Source: Euryarchaeota archaeon UBA557
GTDB taxonomy: Archaea; Thermoplasmatota; Poseidoniia; Poseidoniales; Thalassarchaeaceae
Assembly (NCBI GenBank): GCA_002503285.1
Contig: DARI01000002.1
Coordinates: 150,424-214,423 of the forward strand
Length of the DNA: 64,000 nucleotides
Reading direction: 5' to 3'
In this document: piece after piece, positions 1 through 9,431 of the stretch
Numbering within the stretch: position 1 is the stretch's first letter
Layout of the letters: each line of letters starts with the position of its first letter
Made by a program: the position numbers and the translations under genes
The notes under the pieces: generated by a model
What the model was told of the DNA's origin: nothing
The model's input: only the letters and a program-made list of their open reading frames with translations
The model's database searches: none

Positions 1-803
1 GAACATCTATTATTAGCAGTTGATAAAACTACATCCATTAACAGATTTTCAATATCAATACCGGACATATCAATACCTGATGCAAACGCAATGTGAGATG
101 CTTCACCCATACATGAAATAGCCTGCTCCCACATATTTGGAGTTGATTTTATAGCTCCATTTTTTAAACCTGTTATTGCACATATAGGGTTTATTCCTAT
201 ATTAATTAATAATTTAATCCAGAGTTCTTTTCTGATATCATTACTCCAAACAGGAGATAGATTCGATTCATTTAGTAACTTTATAAAATTTAAAACTAAA
301 TCTGATGGCTTAGAGTCATCCAATTTGCCTATTTTGATAATACCTCTTCCTTCCCAATAAAATACATTTTTATTATGCCAAACGCCATGAGTCACAGTGG
401 AGAGAAGAACTTTTTTTTGACTGAATTTGTCAGATAAGTAATCTAAATGACTGATCCCATTTTGTATGCCCATAACGAATCCATTATCTGAAAGTAATTT
501 CGATGCTAGTTCGGACAAGACTGGAATGGAGTTTGACTTACCGCATATCAGCACAATATCGCAAGAGTGCATTAATTCCTTAGGAATTGATGTATTTTCA
601 GTATCTATTAATTCAAAATAATTAGAAGGTATATTTTCGATGGCGCCTTCTGGGGAATGTATGGCAATTCCTTCCTCCAAAATTTGTTTTAATTTGATTC
701 CACGGGTCCCTACTACCAAATCAGCATAGGAATCAACCAATGCAGAAAGAAATAATCCTCCAATTGAACCTAGTCCCAATATTGCAATTCTCAATTTGAA
801 CAC
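1..803 (-). CDS. panE: 2-dehydropantoate 2-reductase (ApbA/PanE family), partial; C-terminal part runs off the window start
   Basis: Minus-strand translation from about 803 reads VFKLRIAILGLGSIGGLFLSALVDSYADLVVGTRGIKLKQILEEGIAIHSPEG, the N-terminal GxGxxG Rossmann fold of ketopantoate reductases. The start is uncertain (GTG at 803 or TTG at 794; in-frame stop at 848-846). It is absent from the ORF track because it is truncated at the window edge. Confidence 0.55.
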   Translation of the reverse strand, partial: MFKLRIAILGLGSIGGLFLSALVDSYADLVVGTRGIKLKQILEEGIAIHSPEGAIENIPSNYFELIDTENTSIPKELMHSCDIVLICGKSNSIPVLSELASKLLSDNGFVMGIQNGISHLDYLSDKFSQKKVLLSTVTHGVWHNKNVFYWEGRGIIKIGKLDDSKPSDLVLNFIKLLNESNLSPVWSNDIRKELWIKLLINIGINPICAITGLKNGAIKSTPNMWEQAISCMGEASHIAFASGIDMSGIDIENLLMDVVLSTANNRC

Positions 804-3211
804 CCTTGTAATGGACACCTGGCAGCAAGGTGAATAGTTATTCCACTAACATCAACCATTACCCAAACCGCTCTGTGAAGTGGGTCATTACTTTTTTCAT
901 TAATAGATATTTGGACGCTATCATTTGAATTAACTTGCGAAGGAATATCTAGATCCCATATTTCAGTATTAATTGAATCTCCATGCCATTCAATTGATAT
1001 TGACATATTTTTAGATTCCCTGTTGGAGATGGTAAAATTGGAATTAGTTATTTTTTCTCCAATGGAACTATTTTCAATAATTATATCTAATCCTTCTGAT
1101 AATGTATATTTTGATATAATTTCTGTATCATCACATAATATTAACCAACCTGAAGAAGGCATTATCAGAGTACCATTTATGACTTCACCCTGTTTAAATT
1201 GGATAGGCGAATATGCCTCAATTAACCAAGACCAATTGGAACCAACTTCATTTATTGATTCCATTGATTTACAAAATGAAGGATTATTCGGACCATACAT
1301 AATTGAATATTCGGAATCATTTGAATTGAACCACTCAGGAATTTGCCATTCAGAACCTGATATCATAATTTTAGGATTAGTATTTTCAATAGGCATATCC
1401 CAATTTAATATTGAATTATTGTCCATTATGAATTCTATAGATGGCCCATATTTACGAAATTGTTGATCTACGCGATTTGAAGATATTATTGCACCTTCAT
1501 ATCCTCGGAGGCACATATCGTTGATTCCCTCATCAGGAATCGTGGAGTTGATAAATTTCCAATATGAATTATTAGTTGATAGATTTCCAATATCGCCTGT
1601 AAGAATATTTATTTTAGTACAGATAAGTGGAGTATCGGAATCTTCTACCAATTCCCAAAAGACTTGTGTTGGACCGGAGTAATTTGTATTTGATATCTGG
1701 ATGAGATGTTCTTTTTCATTATCTATTACATCAATTACTATTTTTAAATAGATTTTTTCTTCCATAATTATTTCTGGCATTGTAAGAAAAATCTGAATAT
1801 ATTTTCCTGAATTTTGAGTAATATTATTAAATATACAAATTTCATCACCACTATAACAATCAGAAGTAATTTCCCACAAATCTGAATTACTACCTTCTAA
1901 ACTAAATTGTAAAAAACCAGATACCGGCATTATACCCTCAGGTTCAAGAGGTATATTGATAGTTATGTTTTCATAATTTATAAAATATATATCTTCATCC
2001 CAATTTTCAGTAGAAAGTCCTGAATCATAACTTTCTAAATTTGAAAGTGGGGCGATACCTGGGAAACCTAAAATTAAAATTAATAGAAATGCTATAGTAG
2101 ATTTTGATTTAAAACCTTGACTAAGGGTGTCATTATGATCTACTACAAACGGGTCCACTACATTTTCAGGACTAAAACGTTGCCATGCGGCAAACGCAGA
2201 TAAGAAAAGCCAAGGAAGATAATCAACAGAAGCGAAAATAATTATCATAAATATCAATGAACTGATGAATAGTGTTGTTTGTTGGCTGCCAGATTCCATC
2301 TTTGATTGGCCTAATAAAGAATAGACAATTCTATCGCCGGGAAATCCAGGAATAGGCAATAGTAATATCCACCCGATCATAGATAACCCAATGCCGGATA
2401 TTCCAATGGGATGTAGCCATTGAAGCCTTAAATCTACTATATCTCCAATGAAAATTGATGAAATAAATTGAGATAAAATACTTGATGTGAAAACTATGGG
2501 AGATTTGGTAATTTCTGGAGGTTCATTCGAAGTCAACAGTAGACCAATCATAGTAAATATTAAACCCATAAAAATAATTATAACAGGAACTATAGATTCT
2601 ATTATAGCTAGCCTTTTTCTATTAGGAAATGGCAGAAAATCTATTCTTTTTTGAGATATCAGTCCTGCTAATCCAAATGGCCACACAGGATACAATATTG
2701 GAAATATTATTGGTATCATAAGTCCTGTTTTTAAATTACTTTTACTAGCAATAAATGATCTTAATACGCTAGCAAATAGAAGTGAAAAAATTACTGGAAA
2801 TGTGAAATAAATTAGAGATTCTTGCATTGTATTCATACTTAGAATATTTTTATTAGGATCATATCTCCCCAACCATTCTGAACCAACAATAGTTAAAAAT
2901 AGAGACATTAATGACCAAATAGATAATTGCTGCCATTTCTTGAGAATTTCACCAGTAGGAGGTAGGGGCCTAATAGTAAGAATTGGGATTGAGTGTTCAC
3001 TTAGAGTCCCAATCATACCCAAGGATTTAAGATGATTATTGAGTAATAATAAAGCTTCACTAGAATTACAGTCATTTGCTCCTTTAACTTCCCATGACCC
3101 CATTTTAGATGACTCATTACCAAGAATAAAGTATCTTGAAGAAATTACTTCATATAATTCTTGATTACTCCAAGTTTCTGTATCCAATGATAATCTTTTA
3201 GAGTCGTCCAT
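791..3211 (-). CDS. Polytopic membrane protein with a degenerate site-2-protease (M50)-like core and a large C-terminal ectodomain rich in N-glycosylation sequons
   Basis: 806 aa. Multiple hydrophobic helices lie in residues about 90-330. The motif LLPIPGFPGDRIV resembles the S2P NxxPxxxLDG motif. The position expected for HExxH reads VLRSFIAS, so no HExxH is present. The C-terminal ~420 aa carry more than 20 NxS/T sequons. Confidence 0.5.
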   Translation of the reverse strand: MDDSKRLSLDTETWSNQELYEVISSRYFILGNESSKMGSWEVKGANDCNSSEALLLLNNHLKSLGMIGTLSEHSIPILTIRPLPPTGEILKKWQQLSIWSLMSLFLTIVGSEWLGRYDPNKNILSMNTMQESLIYFTFPVIFSLLFASVLRSFIASKSNLKTGLMIPIIFPILYPVWPFGLAGLISQKRIDFLPFPNRKRLAIIESIVPVIIIFMGLIFTMIGLLLTSNEPPEITKSPIVFTSSILSQFISSIFIGDIVDLRLQWLHPIGISGIGLSMIGWILLLPIPGFPGDRIVYSLLGQSKMESGSQQTTLFISSLIFMIIIFASVDYLPWLFLSAFAAWQRFSPENVVDPFVVDHNDTLSQGFKSKSTIAFLLILILGFPGIAPLSNLESYDSGLSTENWDEDIYFINYENITINIPLEPEGIMPVSGFLQFSLEGSNSDLWEITSDCYSGDEICIFNNITQNSGKYIQIFLTMPEIIMEEKIYLKIVIDVIDNEKEHLIQISNTNYSGPTQVFWELVEDSDTPLICTKINILTGDIGNLSTNNSYWKFINSTIPDEGINDMCLRGYEGAIISSNRVDQQFRKYGPSIEFIMDNNSILNWDMPIENTNPKIMISGSEWQIPEWFNSNDSEYSIMYGPNNPSFCKSMESINEVGSNWSWLIEAYSPIQFKQGEVINGTLIMPSSGWLILCDDTEIISKYTLSEGLDIIIENSSIGEKITNSNFTISNRESKNMSISIEWHGDSINTEIWDLDIPSQVNSNDSVQISINEKSNDPLHRAVWVMVDVSGITIHLAARCPLQGCSN

Positions 3212-3274
3212 CTAAAATCACCTCTATAGTTCATCGGATAATGTTTGATGATAAGATACCTCGTACGATGAGTA

Positions 3275-3901
3275 TTACTTATTCTTGAATCGCTTTAGCC
3301 TGAACGTCTCTTCTCTTTCCATTTCTTCTAATCTTAATTGGATAAAAGATTGTGCTTCCTTCATTTCAGGAATCACAACGAATTCAAGGGCATTGACTCG
3401 TCTTTTGGTCGCCTCTATTTCTTCTAGGAGTCGTTTTAAGGTAGCTTCCATTTCTGCAGCCTTTACAATTTTAGAAATTAATATTGAATACGCGTCTGCG
3501 GATTCATCAATATAAGGGGAGCCCCCAATTATTCCTGTCGGCCTTGTTTCAACGGTTGTCGTAAGATTTGTTCCATCTACCTTTGGAACTACTACTCCCA
3601 TTATATTCCTTCTAGAAACCATAACTTCAGGTCCCGAGGTTGCTGCGATTGCGGCACTTTTTACTGCTAATCCACCTTCTATTGATGATGCTAAAGCAAT
3701 TGATTTTAACGCATCTCGATAAGTTCCAACAAGTTCTTCCCTGGCTTTAATCATCTCAGCCAATAAAGTACGGAATTCAAAAAATAGTCCATCTCTTTTC
3801 ATCTTTAGAAGATTGTACCCACTCGATGTTTGCTTAATCCTACGTTTTAGATTAATCAGTTCTGAGCGTGTAGGTTTGATGTCGAGTGCCAAATTTCTCA
3901 T
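3275..3901 (-). CDS. atpD: A-type ATP synthase subunit D
   Basis: 208 aa, coiled-coil-rich. It is the last gene of the atp operon, and its length and position match archaeal AtpD/NtpD. Confidence 0.85.
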   Translation of the reverse strand: MRNLALDIKPTRSELINLKRRIKQTSSGYNLLKMKRDGLFFEFRTLLAEMIKAREELVGTYRDALKSIALASSIEGGLAVKSAAIAATSGPEVMVSRRNIMGVVVPKVDGTNLTTTVETRPTGIIGGSPYIDESADAYSILISKIVKAAEMEATLKRLLEEIEATKRRVNALEFVVIPEMKEAQSFIQLRLEEMEREETFRLKRFKNK

Positions 3902-3927
3902 CCCCTAACTATAATCACTAAATCTAT

Positions 3928-5313
3928 TTATTCTTTCTTATCTGTAGGATGATATTTATCAATCCACTTCTGATCCAATCGTACAAGATACTTTGTATCA
4001 ATATTTGAGAGTAATTTCCATGCTAAATCAAGAGTTCCTTCTTGAATCGGACGATCTTCATCTCGACTTTGCCTGAGGAATTTATCTTCAAAGATATCCG
4101 AAAACTTAAGCAACTGTAAGTCACGTTCATTTAGAGCATCTTCACCTACAATGGCAACTAGGCCTCGTAATTCCCTTCCCTGTGCATAAGCTGCGTAAAG
4201 TTGGTCAGATACTGATTTATGATCTTCCCTAGTTTTTCCATCCCCAATACCTGCATTCATGAGCCTAGATAGAGAAGGCAATACGTTAATAGGCGGATAA
4301 ATTCCTTTCTGATGGAGTTCACGAGAAATAACAATCTGTCCTTCGGTGATATATCCTGAGAGATCAGGAATAGGATGAGTAATATCGTCACCAGGCATAG
4401 TTAATATAGGGAATTGAGTAATTGAGCCTTTCTTTCCTTTGACTAAACCTGCGCGTTCATACAACATTGCTAGATCAGTATACATGTATCCAGGATAACC
4501 TCGACGTCCAGGTACTTCTTCACGAGCAGCGCCTATTTGACGTAGTGATTCACAATAATTTGTCATATCAGTATAGATAACTAATACGTGATAGTCCTTC
4601 TCAAAAGCAAGATATTCAGCAGCAGTAAGAGCTAGTCTTGGAGTAATCAACCTCTCAACAGCAGGGTCATCAGCAAGATTAACGAAAAGACACGCATTCT
4701 CTAGAGCGCCAGTTCTTTCTAAATCATGAACAAAGAAGTTATATTCTTCTGCCGTGATTCCCATTGCACAGAATACTACTACGAAGTCATCATCGCTGTC
4801 AACAAGTTTAGCTTGCCTTGCAATTTGTAATGCTATATCATTATGCGGAAGTCCTGAAGCACTAAAGATAGGTAGTTTCTGACCACGGACTAATGATGTA
4901 CAAGCATCGATTGCAGATATTCCAGTTTGAATAAATGTGTCAGGACTCTGACGAGAGTAAGGATTGATAGCTGCACCTATGATATCTGCCATTTCGTCTG
5001 CTACAATAGCAGGACCGCCGTCCCTTGGACGTCCAGCGCCATCAAGAATTCTTCCAATCATATCTGTACTTACTGGTAACTTAAACACGTCACCAAGAAA
5101 TTTAATTCCTGTTTGTTTATCGATTGACGCTGTACCTTCGAAGACTTGGACGATAACTTGATCGTCAGATGTATCGAGTACTTGGCCATTTTTTAAGGTT
5201 CCATCAGTGAGGCGTAATTCTACAATCTCTCCAAAAGCAACAGGTTCAGTTTTATTTAGGAACACAAGAGGCCCCTTTACGTCTGTAATTGTTCTATATT
5301 CTTTTCCAGTCAT
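3928..5313 (-). CDS. atpB: A-type ATP synthase subunit B (regulatory)
   Basis: 461 aa, starting [19 protein letters not shown] with an alpha/beta-ATPase fold. It sits immediately downstream of atpA. Confidence 0.9.
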   Translation of the reverse strand: MTGKEYRTITDVKGPLVFLNKTEPVAFGEIVELRLTDGTLKNGQVLDTSDDQVIVQVFEGTASIDKQTGIKFLGDVFKLPVSTDMIGRILDGAGRPRDGGPAIVADEMADIIGAAINPYSRQSPDTFIQTGISAIDACTSLVRGQKLPIFSASGLPHNDIALQIARQAKLVDSDDDFVVVFCAMGITAEEYNFFVHDLERTGALENACLFVNLADDPAVERLITPRLALTAAEYLAFEKDYHVLVIYTDMTNYCESLRQIGAAREEVPGRRGYPGYMYTDLAMLYERAGLVKGKKGSITQFPILTMPGDDITHPIPDLSGYITEGQIVISRELHQKGIYPPINVLPSLSRLMNAGIGDGKTREDHKSVSDQLYAAYAQGRELRGLVAIVGEDALNERDLQLLKFSDIFEDKFLRQSRDEDRPIQEGTLDLAWKLLSNIDTKYLVRLDQKWIDKYHPTDKKE

Positions 5314-5325
5314 TTATACCACCTC

Positions 5326-7068
5326 TCAGTTATCCTCCATAGTCTCGGCAATTTGTTTGATCATTGTTTCTAGCATTTCATCAATTTTGACATCATAACC
5401 TGATTCGAATCTTCCTCTCATAAGATCAGTACGTGCAGGCACGTTGACTACATCTTCAAGAGCAGCGCCACCTGCTAGAGCTTTCTTAGATTCTTCTTGG
5501 AAAGAAAGTATAGCCTTGGCCATAGTATATTGGAGTTTTAAATCGGTATAAGTATCTACGTCATGGAATGCATTCTGTTGAAGGAAAAATTCTCTAATCA
5601 TACGAGCAACTTCTAGAGTTAGTTGTTGATCAACTGGTAGGGCATCGGAACCGACTAACTGAACAATTTCTTGTAATTCTGCTTCAACTTGAAGTAGGGC
5701 ACTGATTTCAGTCCTAATTTCAGGGAAGTTACTGTTAATATTATCCCTATACCATTGATCAAGCGAAGGTGGATATAGTGAATAAGAATTTAGCCAATTA
5801 ATTGCGGGAAAATGCCTTTGACGTGCAAGACCTGCATCTAACCCCCAGAATACTTTAACAATACGTAGAGTTCCTTGACTGACTGGTTCTGAAATATCTC
5901 CACCAGGTGGTGAAACTGCACCTATTACAGATACTGAACCATCGCCCCCAGCAAGAGTCTCGACTCTTCCTGCTCTCTCATAGAATTCTGCAAGACGGCT
6001 GGAAAGATATGCAGGATAACCTTCCTCACCGGGCATCTCTTCTAAACGAGATGATATTTCTCTCATTGCTTCAGCCCAACGACTAGTTGAATCAGCCATT
6101 AAAGCAACGTCATAGCCCATATCTCTGAAATATTCAGCAATTGTAATTCCGGTATAAACTGAAGCTTCTCTGGCTGCTACAGGCATATTGGATGTGTTAG
6201 CAATCATGGTGGTCCTGTTCATCAACGCCTCACCTGTTTTAGGATCTATAAGATGAGGGAATTCATCAAGAACTTCTGTCATCTCATTACCACGTTCACC
6301 GCATCCAATGTAGACAACAATGTCTGCATCGGACCACTTAGCAAGTTGTTGTTGTGTAACTGTCTTACCTGAACCAAATGGACCAGGGATTCCAGCTGTC
6401 CCTCCCTTAGCTAGAGGGAAAAGGAAATCAAGAATTCGCTGACCTGTTTGTAAAGGGACCTCTGGGGCGTGTTTCTTTGTAAACGGACGTGGCGTACGGA
6501 CTGGCCATTTTTGCATCATCTGAATTTCATTCCCATCTTCTAAAGTACAAACAGTTTGAGTCACATTAAATTCTCCAGAACTAATACTCTTGATGACCCC
6601 GGAGGTGCCCGGAGGAATCATAACTCTATGTTCAATAGTCTTCGTTTCTTGGACTGTACCAATGACATATCCTGGTGTTACTGAATCGCCAGCCTTGGCA
6701 GTTGCATTGAAATTCCAATTCTTTTTTAGATCTAAACCGTCTGCATCAACTCCTCTTTTGATGAAAACACCCATGGTCTTTTCAAGTTCAGGTAGAGGTC
6801 TTTGAATACCATCATAAATCTTAGTTAAGAGACCAGGTCCTAGTTGAACAGACAGAGTTTGCCCTGTTCTAATAACTGGTTCACCAGGTCTGACACCTGA
6901 GGTTTCTTCATATACCTGAATAACTGATTGTTCGCCATGTAATTCGATAACTTCTCCCATTAAACCTTCATCACCTACTCGTACAACTTCATACATTCTT
7001 GGGGAAATTCCTACTGCGGTTACAACTGGTCCAGAGATGCGATAAATCACTCCATTTTCTTTACTCAT
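5326..7068 (-). CDS. atpA: A-type ATP synthase subunit A (catalytic)
   Basis: 580 aa with Walker [10 protein letters not shown] and the non-homologous insert typical of A/V-type A subunits. The normal length argues against an intein. Confidence 0.92.
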   Translation of the reverse strand: MSKENGVIYRISGPVVTAVGISPRMYEVVRVGDEGLMGEVIELHGEQSVIQVYEETSGVRPGEPVIRTGQTLSVQLGPGLLTKIYDGIQRPLPELEKTMGVFIKRGVDADGLDLKKNWNFNATAKAGDSVTPGYVIGTVQETKTIEHRVMIPPGTSGVIKSISSGEFNVTQTVCTLEDGNEIQMMQKWPVRTPRPFTKKHAPEVPLQTGQRILDFLFPLAKGGTAGIPGPFGSGKTVTQQQLAKWSDADIVVYIGCGERGNEMTEVLDEFPHLIDPKTGEALMNRTTMIANTSNMPVAAREASVYTGITIAEYFRDMGYDVALMADSTSRWAEAMREISSRLEEMPGEEGYPAYLSSRLAEFYERAGRVETLAGGDGSVSVIGAVSPPGGDISEPVSQGTLRIVKVFWGLDAGLARQRHFPAINWLNSYSLYPPSLDQWYRDNINSNFPEIRTEISALLQVEAELQEIVQLVGSDALPVDQQLTLEVARMIREFFLQQNAFHDVDTYTDLKLQYTMAKAILSFQEESKKALAGGAALEDVVNVPARTDLMRGRFESGYDVKIDEMLETMIKQIAETMEDN

Positions 7069-7102
7069 TTTTAATTCACTTCCTTTATTTTTTTCCTAGG
7101 AT

Positions 7103-7402
7103 TTACTTCCACAAATCGACTCCTAGTGCCGACTTGATGGACTCTCTGAGGGTATTATCCTCTTCAGTCCCAATGCCCAATACTGTGGGCGTGATGCTCT
7201 CGGAGAGTTGCACTCGCAATCTTTCCGGTAATTGTAATAAATCAGAGTTATCAATTACAACAACTCCTACTTCTTTTTCATTCAATAATGACTTCATTGT
7301 TGAAGTCAATTCATTTAAATTAGCAGGGTTGTGTAATCTCAAAACACCTGCAAGCTGGAAACCAAGAGTGAAATCAAGGGATCCGACTATTGCTATTTCC
7401 AT
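7103..7402 (-). CDS. atpF: A-type ATP synthase subunit F
   Basis: 99 aa, located between atpC and atpA, which is the canonical archaeal position. Confidence 0.75.
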   Translation of the reverse strand: MEIAIVGSLDFTLGFQLAGVLRLHNPANLNELTSTMKSLLNEKEVGVVVIDNSDLLQLPERLRVQLSESITPTVLGIGTEEDNTLRESIKSALGVDLWK

Positions 7403-7412
7403 AATATCTACC

Positions 7413-8492
7413 TCAAAAATCCATATGTGCTTCTAATACCTCTGATGTGAGGCCAATCGTCTTGCCGCGCACTAGAAGGCGAAGATTCTGTATTTCGAGT
7501 ACTTTACGCTCGATATAATAAATCACTGGAAAAACTGAAACGGGATTCAGATAAGAAAAACTTCTCAATAAATCATGCCTTTTATGAGACAGAAGCGTCG
7601 CAATTGGATCTAGAGAACCTAATGCATCTGATTTTTCAATTGCTTCATCGAAGCCTGTTTCATCGAATGCGTTACTACGTCTTAAAGCTTCTAATATTTC
7701 TTTAGTTGAATTCGCCTGGGAGACTTGAGTCATAACTGATTGTGAGAGTCGTCCGCCATGAATCACCATCTGTAAACGTTTTTCAGTGGAAATATTTTGA
7801 CGTAACTCACGGAATTGATTAATGATATTTCTATGGTCAATCTCCGTTCTAATGTATTTAACTAAATGAGTGTTGGAATCTCTACCCTTGGATACTTTTA
7901 GAGCATGGTTGTAATAATGTCGATCTAAGGCATCTTCCATCTCTCCAAGTGTTGCGTCAGAATCATCTAATTTTGCTAACTCTTTACCCCAAGGAGTTCC
8001 GGCCATTGAACTAGCGGCCTCATGTAGAGTTTCGGTAGTTCTAACAATATCTAACCAAACAGCATTCATAGGATTTTCAGAGGGTAATATTTGAGATTCT
8101 ATTAACTCATCAGAACAGCCTCCATTAACTGCCCTTAGTACTGTTTTAGCTTTTTCATAAGCAAATCTATCTACATAAATCGCCACTATGGATTTTAAAG
8201 GCCCTTGACAGAAATTCATTACGTCTGAAAGATCATTGTCAAGGTTATGAAAAAGGGCAGCCTCAACAGCATCTGCACCACTCATTCTAGTCGAATAAAT
8301 GTCCATTTCATTCCTATAACCTAGCTCCCCTATGCTGGCTCCAATGGATTCGGGACCTGTCTGCAGGAGTTGACGCATTCTTGTCGAATCTATTAAAGAT
8401 GCTTTACGTGCTTTCGCTCGCGCAGAAGCATTGCATATATTCGAACGACGACTAGCTTGGCCCAACATTTTTTTCACCTTTCTAATTACCAA
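7413..8492 (-). CDS. atpC: A-type ATP synthase subunit C
   Basis: 359 aa at the operon position of archaeal subunit C (the V-type d homolog). It overlaps atpE by 11 nt. Confidence 0.8.
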   Translation of the reverse strand: MVIRKVKKMLGQASRRSNICNASARAKARKASLIDSTRMRQLLQTGPESIGASIGELGYRNEMDIYSTRMSGADAVEAALFHNLDNDLSDVMNFCQGPLKSIVAIYVDRFAYEKAKTVLRAVNGGCSDELIESQILPSENPMNAVWLDIVRTTETLHEAASSMAGTPWGKELAKLDDSDATLGEMEDALDRHYYNHALKVSKGRDSNTHLVKYIRTEIDHRNIINQFRELRQNISTEKRLQMVIHGGRLSQSVMTQVSQANSTKEILEALRRSNAFDETGFDEAIEKSDALGSLDPIATLLSHKRHDLLRSFSYLNPVSVFPVIYYIERKVLEIQNLRLLVRGKTIGLTSEVLEAHMDF

Positions 8493-9039
8493 ATAAAATA
8501 TTATTTACTTCTCTAATATTCTCTTTCCATGCTTCATCCAAACGACTATCAAAACGATAGTCGAGGACGATGGAACCATCCTTAGACTCAAGAATAAATC
8601 CACCGAGTCCTCCTATATCATCTCCGAGAACAAAATCACTTTTTTCAAGGATTTTTCGGTCATTTGAAACTGGCCTTAATATCATATTGCCGCCATTTTC
8701 AGATGCCGCAGATAAAAGGTCTGATAGAATCTTGGAGCGGCCTTCAAGATCAGGAGATCCTACTGAAGAGCGTATGGTTTCCCAAGTATCATCTAGTTCT
8801 TCACGCCTTGCGATTAAGAGATATTTTTGGTTTGCCTGTTTAGCCGATGCAACTAATTCTATTGACAACTGCGTACTTTCTCTATCTGCGCGCAATTGTA
8901 CATCTTTAGAAAAGTTCATAGCTTCAGATTTAGCTTCATCTTCAATTTTCTTGGCTTGCTGCTTAGCATCGGCAATAATCAATGCTGCCTCTGCTTTCGC
9001 TTGTGTTGCAATTTCTTTTGCTAATACATCTAATGTCAT
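8482..9039 (-). CDS. atpE: A-type ATP synthase subunit E
   Basis: 185 aa with a charged coiled-coil N-terminus (AKEIATQAKAEAALIIADAKQQAKKIEDEAK) typical of the peripheral-stalk E subunit. Confidence 0.8.
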   Translation of the reverse strand: MTLDVLAKEIATQAKAEAALIIADAKQQAKKIEDEAKSEAMNFSKDVQLRADRESTQLSIELVASAKQANQKYLLIARREELDDTWETIRSSVGSPDLEGRSKILSDLLSAASENGGNMILRPVSNDRKILEKSDFVLGDDIGGLGGFILESKDGSIVLDYRFDSRLDEAWKENIREVNNILFGN

Positions 9040-9081
9040 TCATACACCTCCCTATTTCTCCAATTAGTCCTATATTCTCAC

Positions 9082-9387
9082 TTAAAGCAAAAATATTGAA
9101 AGGAATCCGAAAAGAACAATGGTTTCTGGTAAAGCTGTAAAAATAAGTCCGTTAACGAACTTACTACTATCTTCGGCGATCATTCCAACTGCTGCCGCTC
9201 CAATTTGACCTTGACTCATACCTGTGCCAATTCCAGTCAATCCTAGAGCGATTCCTGCTGCAATATTTTTGTACGCTGCAACCGTAGATTCGTTATCTGC
9301 TTCTGCTTGTACGCTACCGACAATCATCACTAATGATGAAAGTGTCATTAGCATACCCATTCCTCTTATTTTATTTCTTTTATTCAT
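9082..9387 (-). CDS. atpK: A-type ATP synthase proteolipid subunit K (c subunit)
   Basis: 101 aa. One glycine-rich helical hairpin (GIALGLTGIGTGMSQGQIGAAAVGMIA ... FTALPETIVLFGF) carries the conserved carboxylate in helix 2. A signal-like segment precedes it. Confidence 0.85.
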   Translation of the reverse strand: MNKRNKIRGMGMLMTLSSLVMIVGSVQAEADNESTVAAYKNIAAGIALGLTGIGTGMSQGQIGAAAVGMIAEDSSKFVNGLIFTALPETIVLFGFLSIFLL

Positions 9388-9431
9388 TTTATTTCCTCCT
9401 TTTTTCTAAGCTTAATGCTTGGAATGTGATA

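Noticed and set aside
5326-7068. Possible inteins in atpA, rfcS (31604..32560) or rpa (17980..19668)
   Set aside because: The protein lengths (580, 318 and 562 aa) match intein-free homologs, and no Hint-like block interrupts the conserved motifs.
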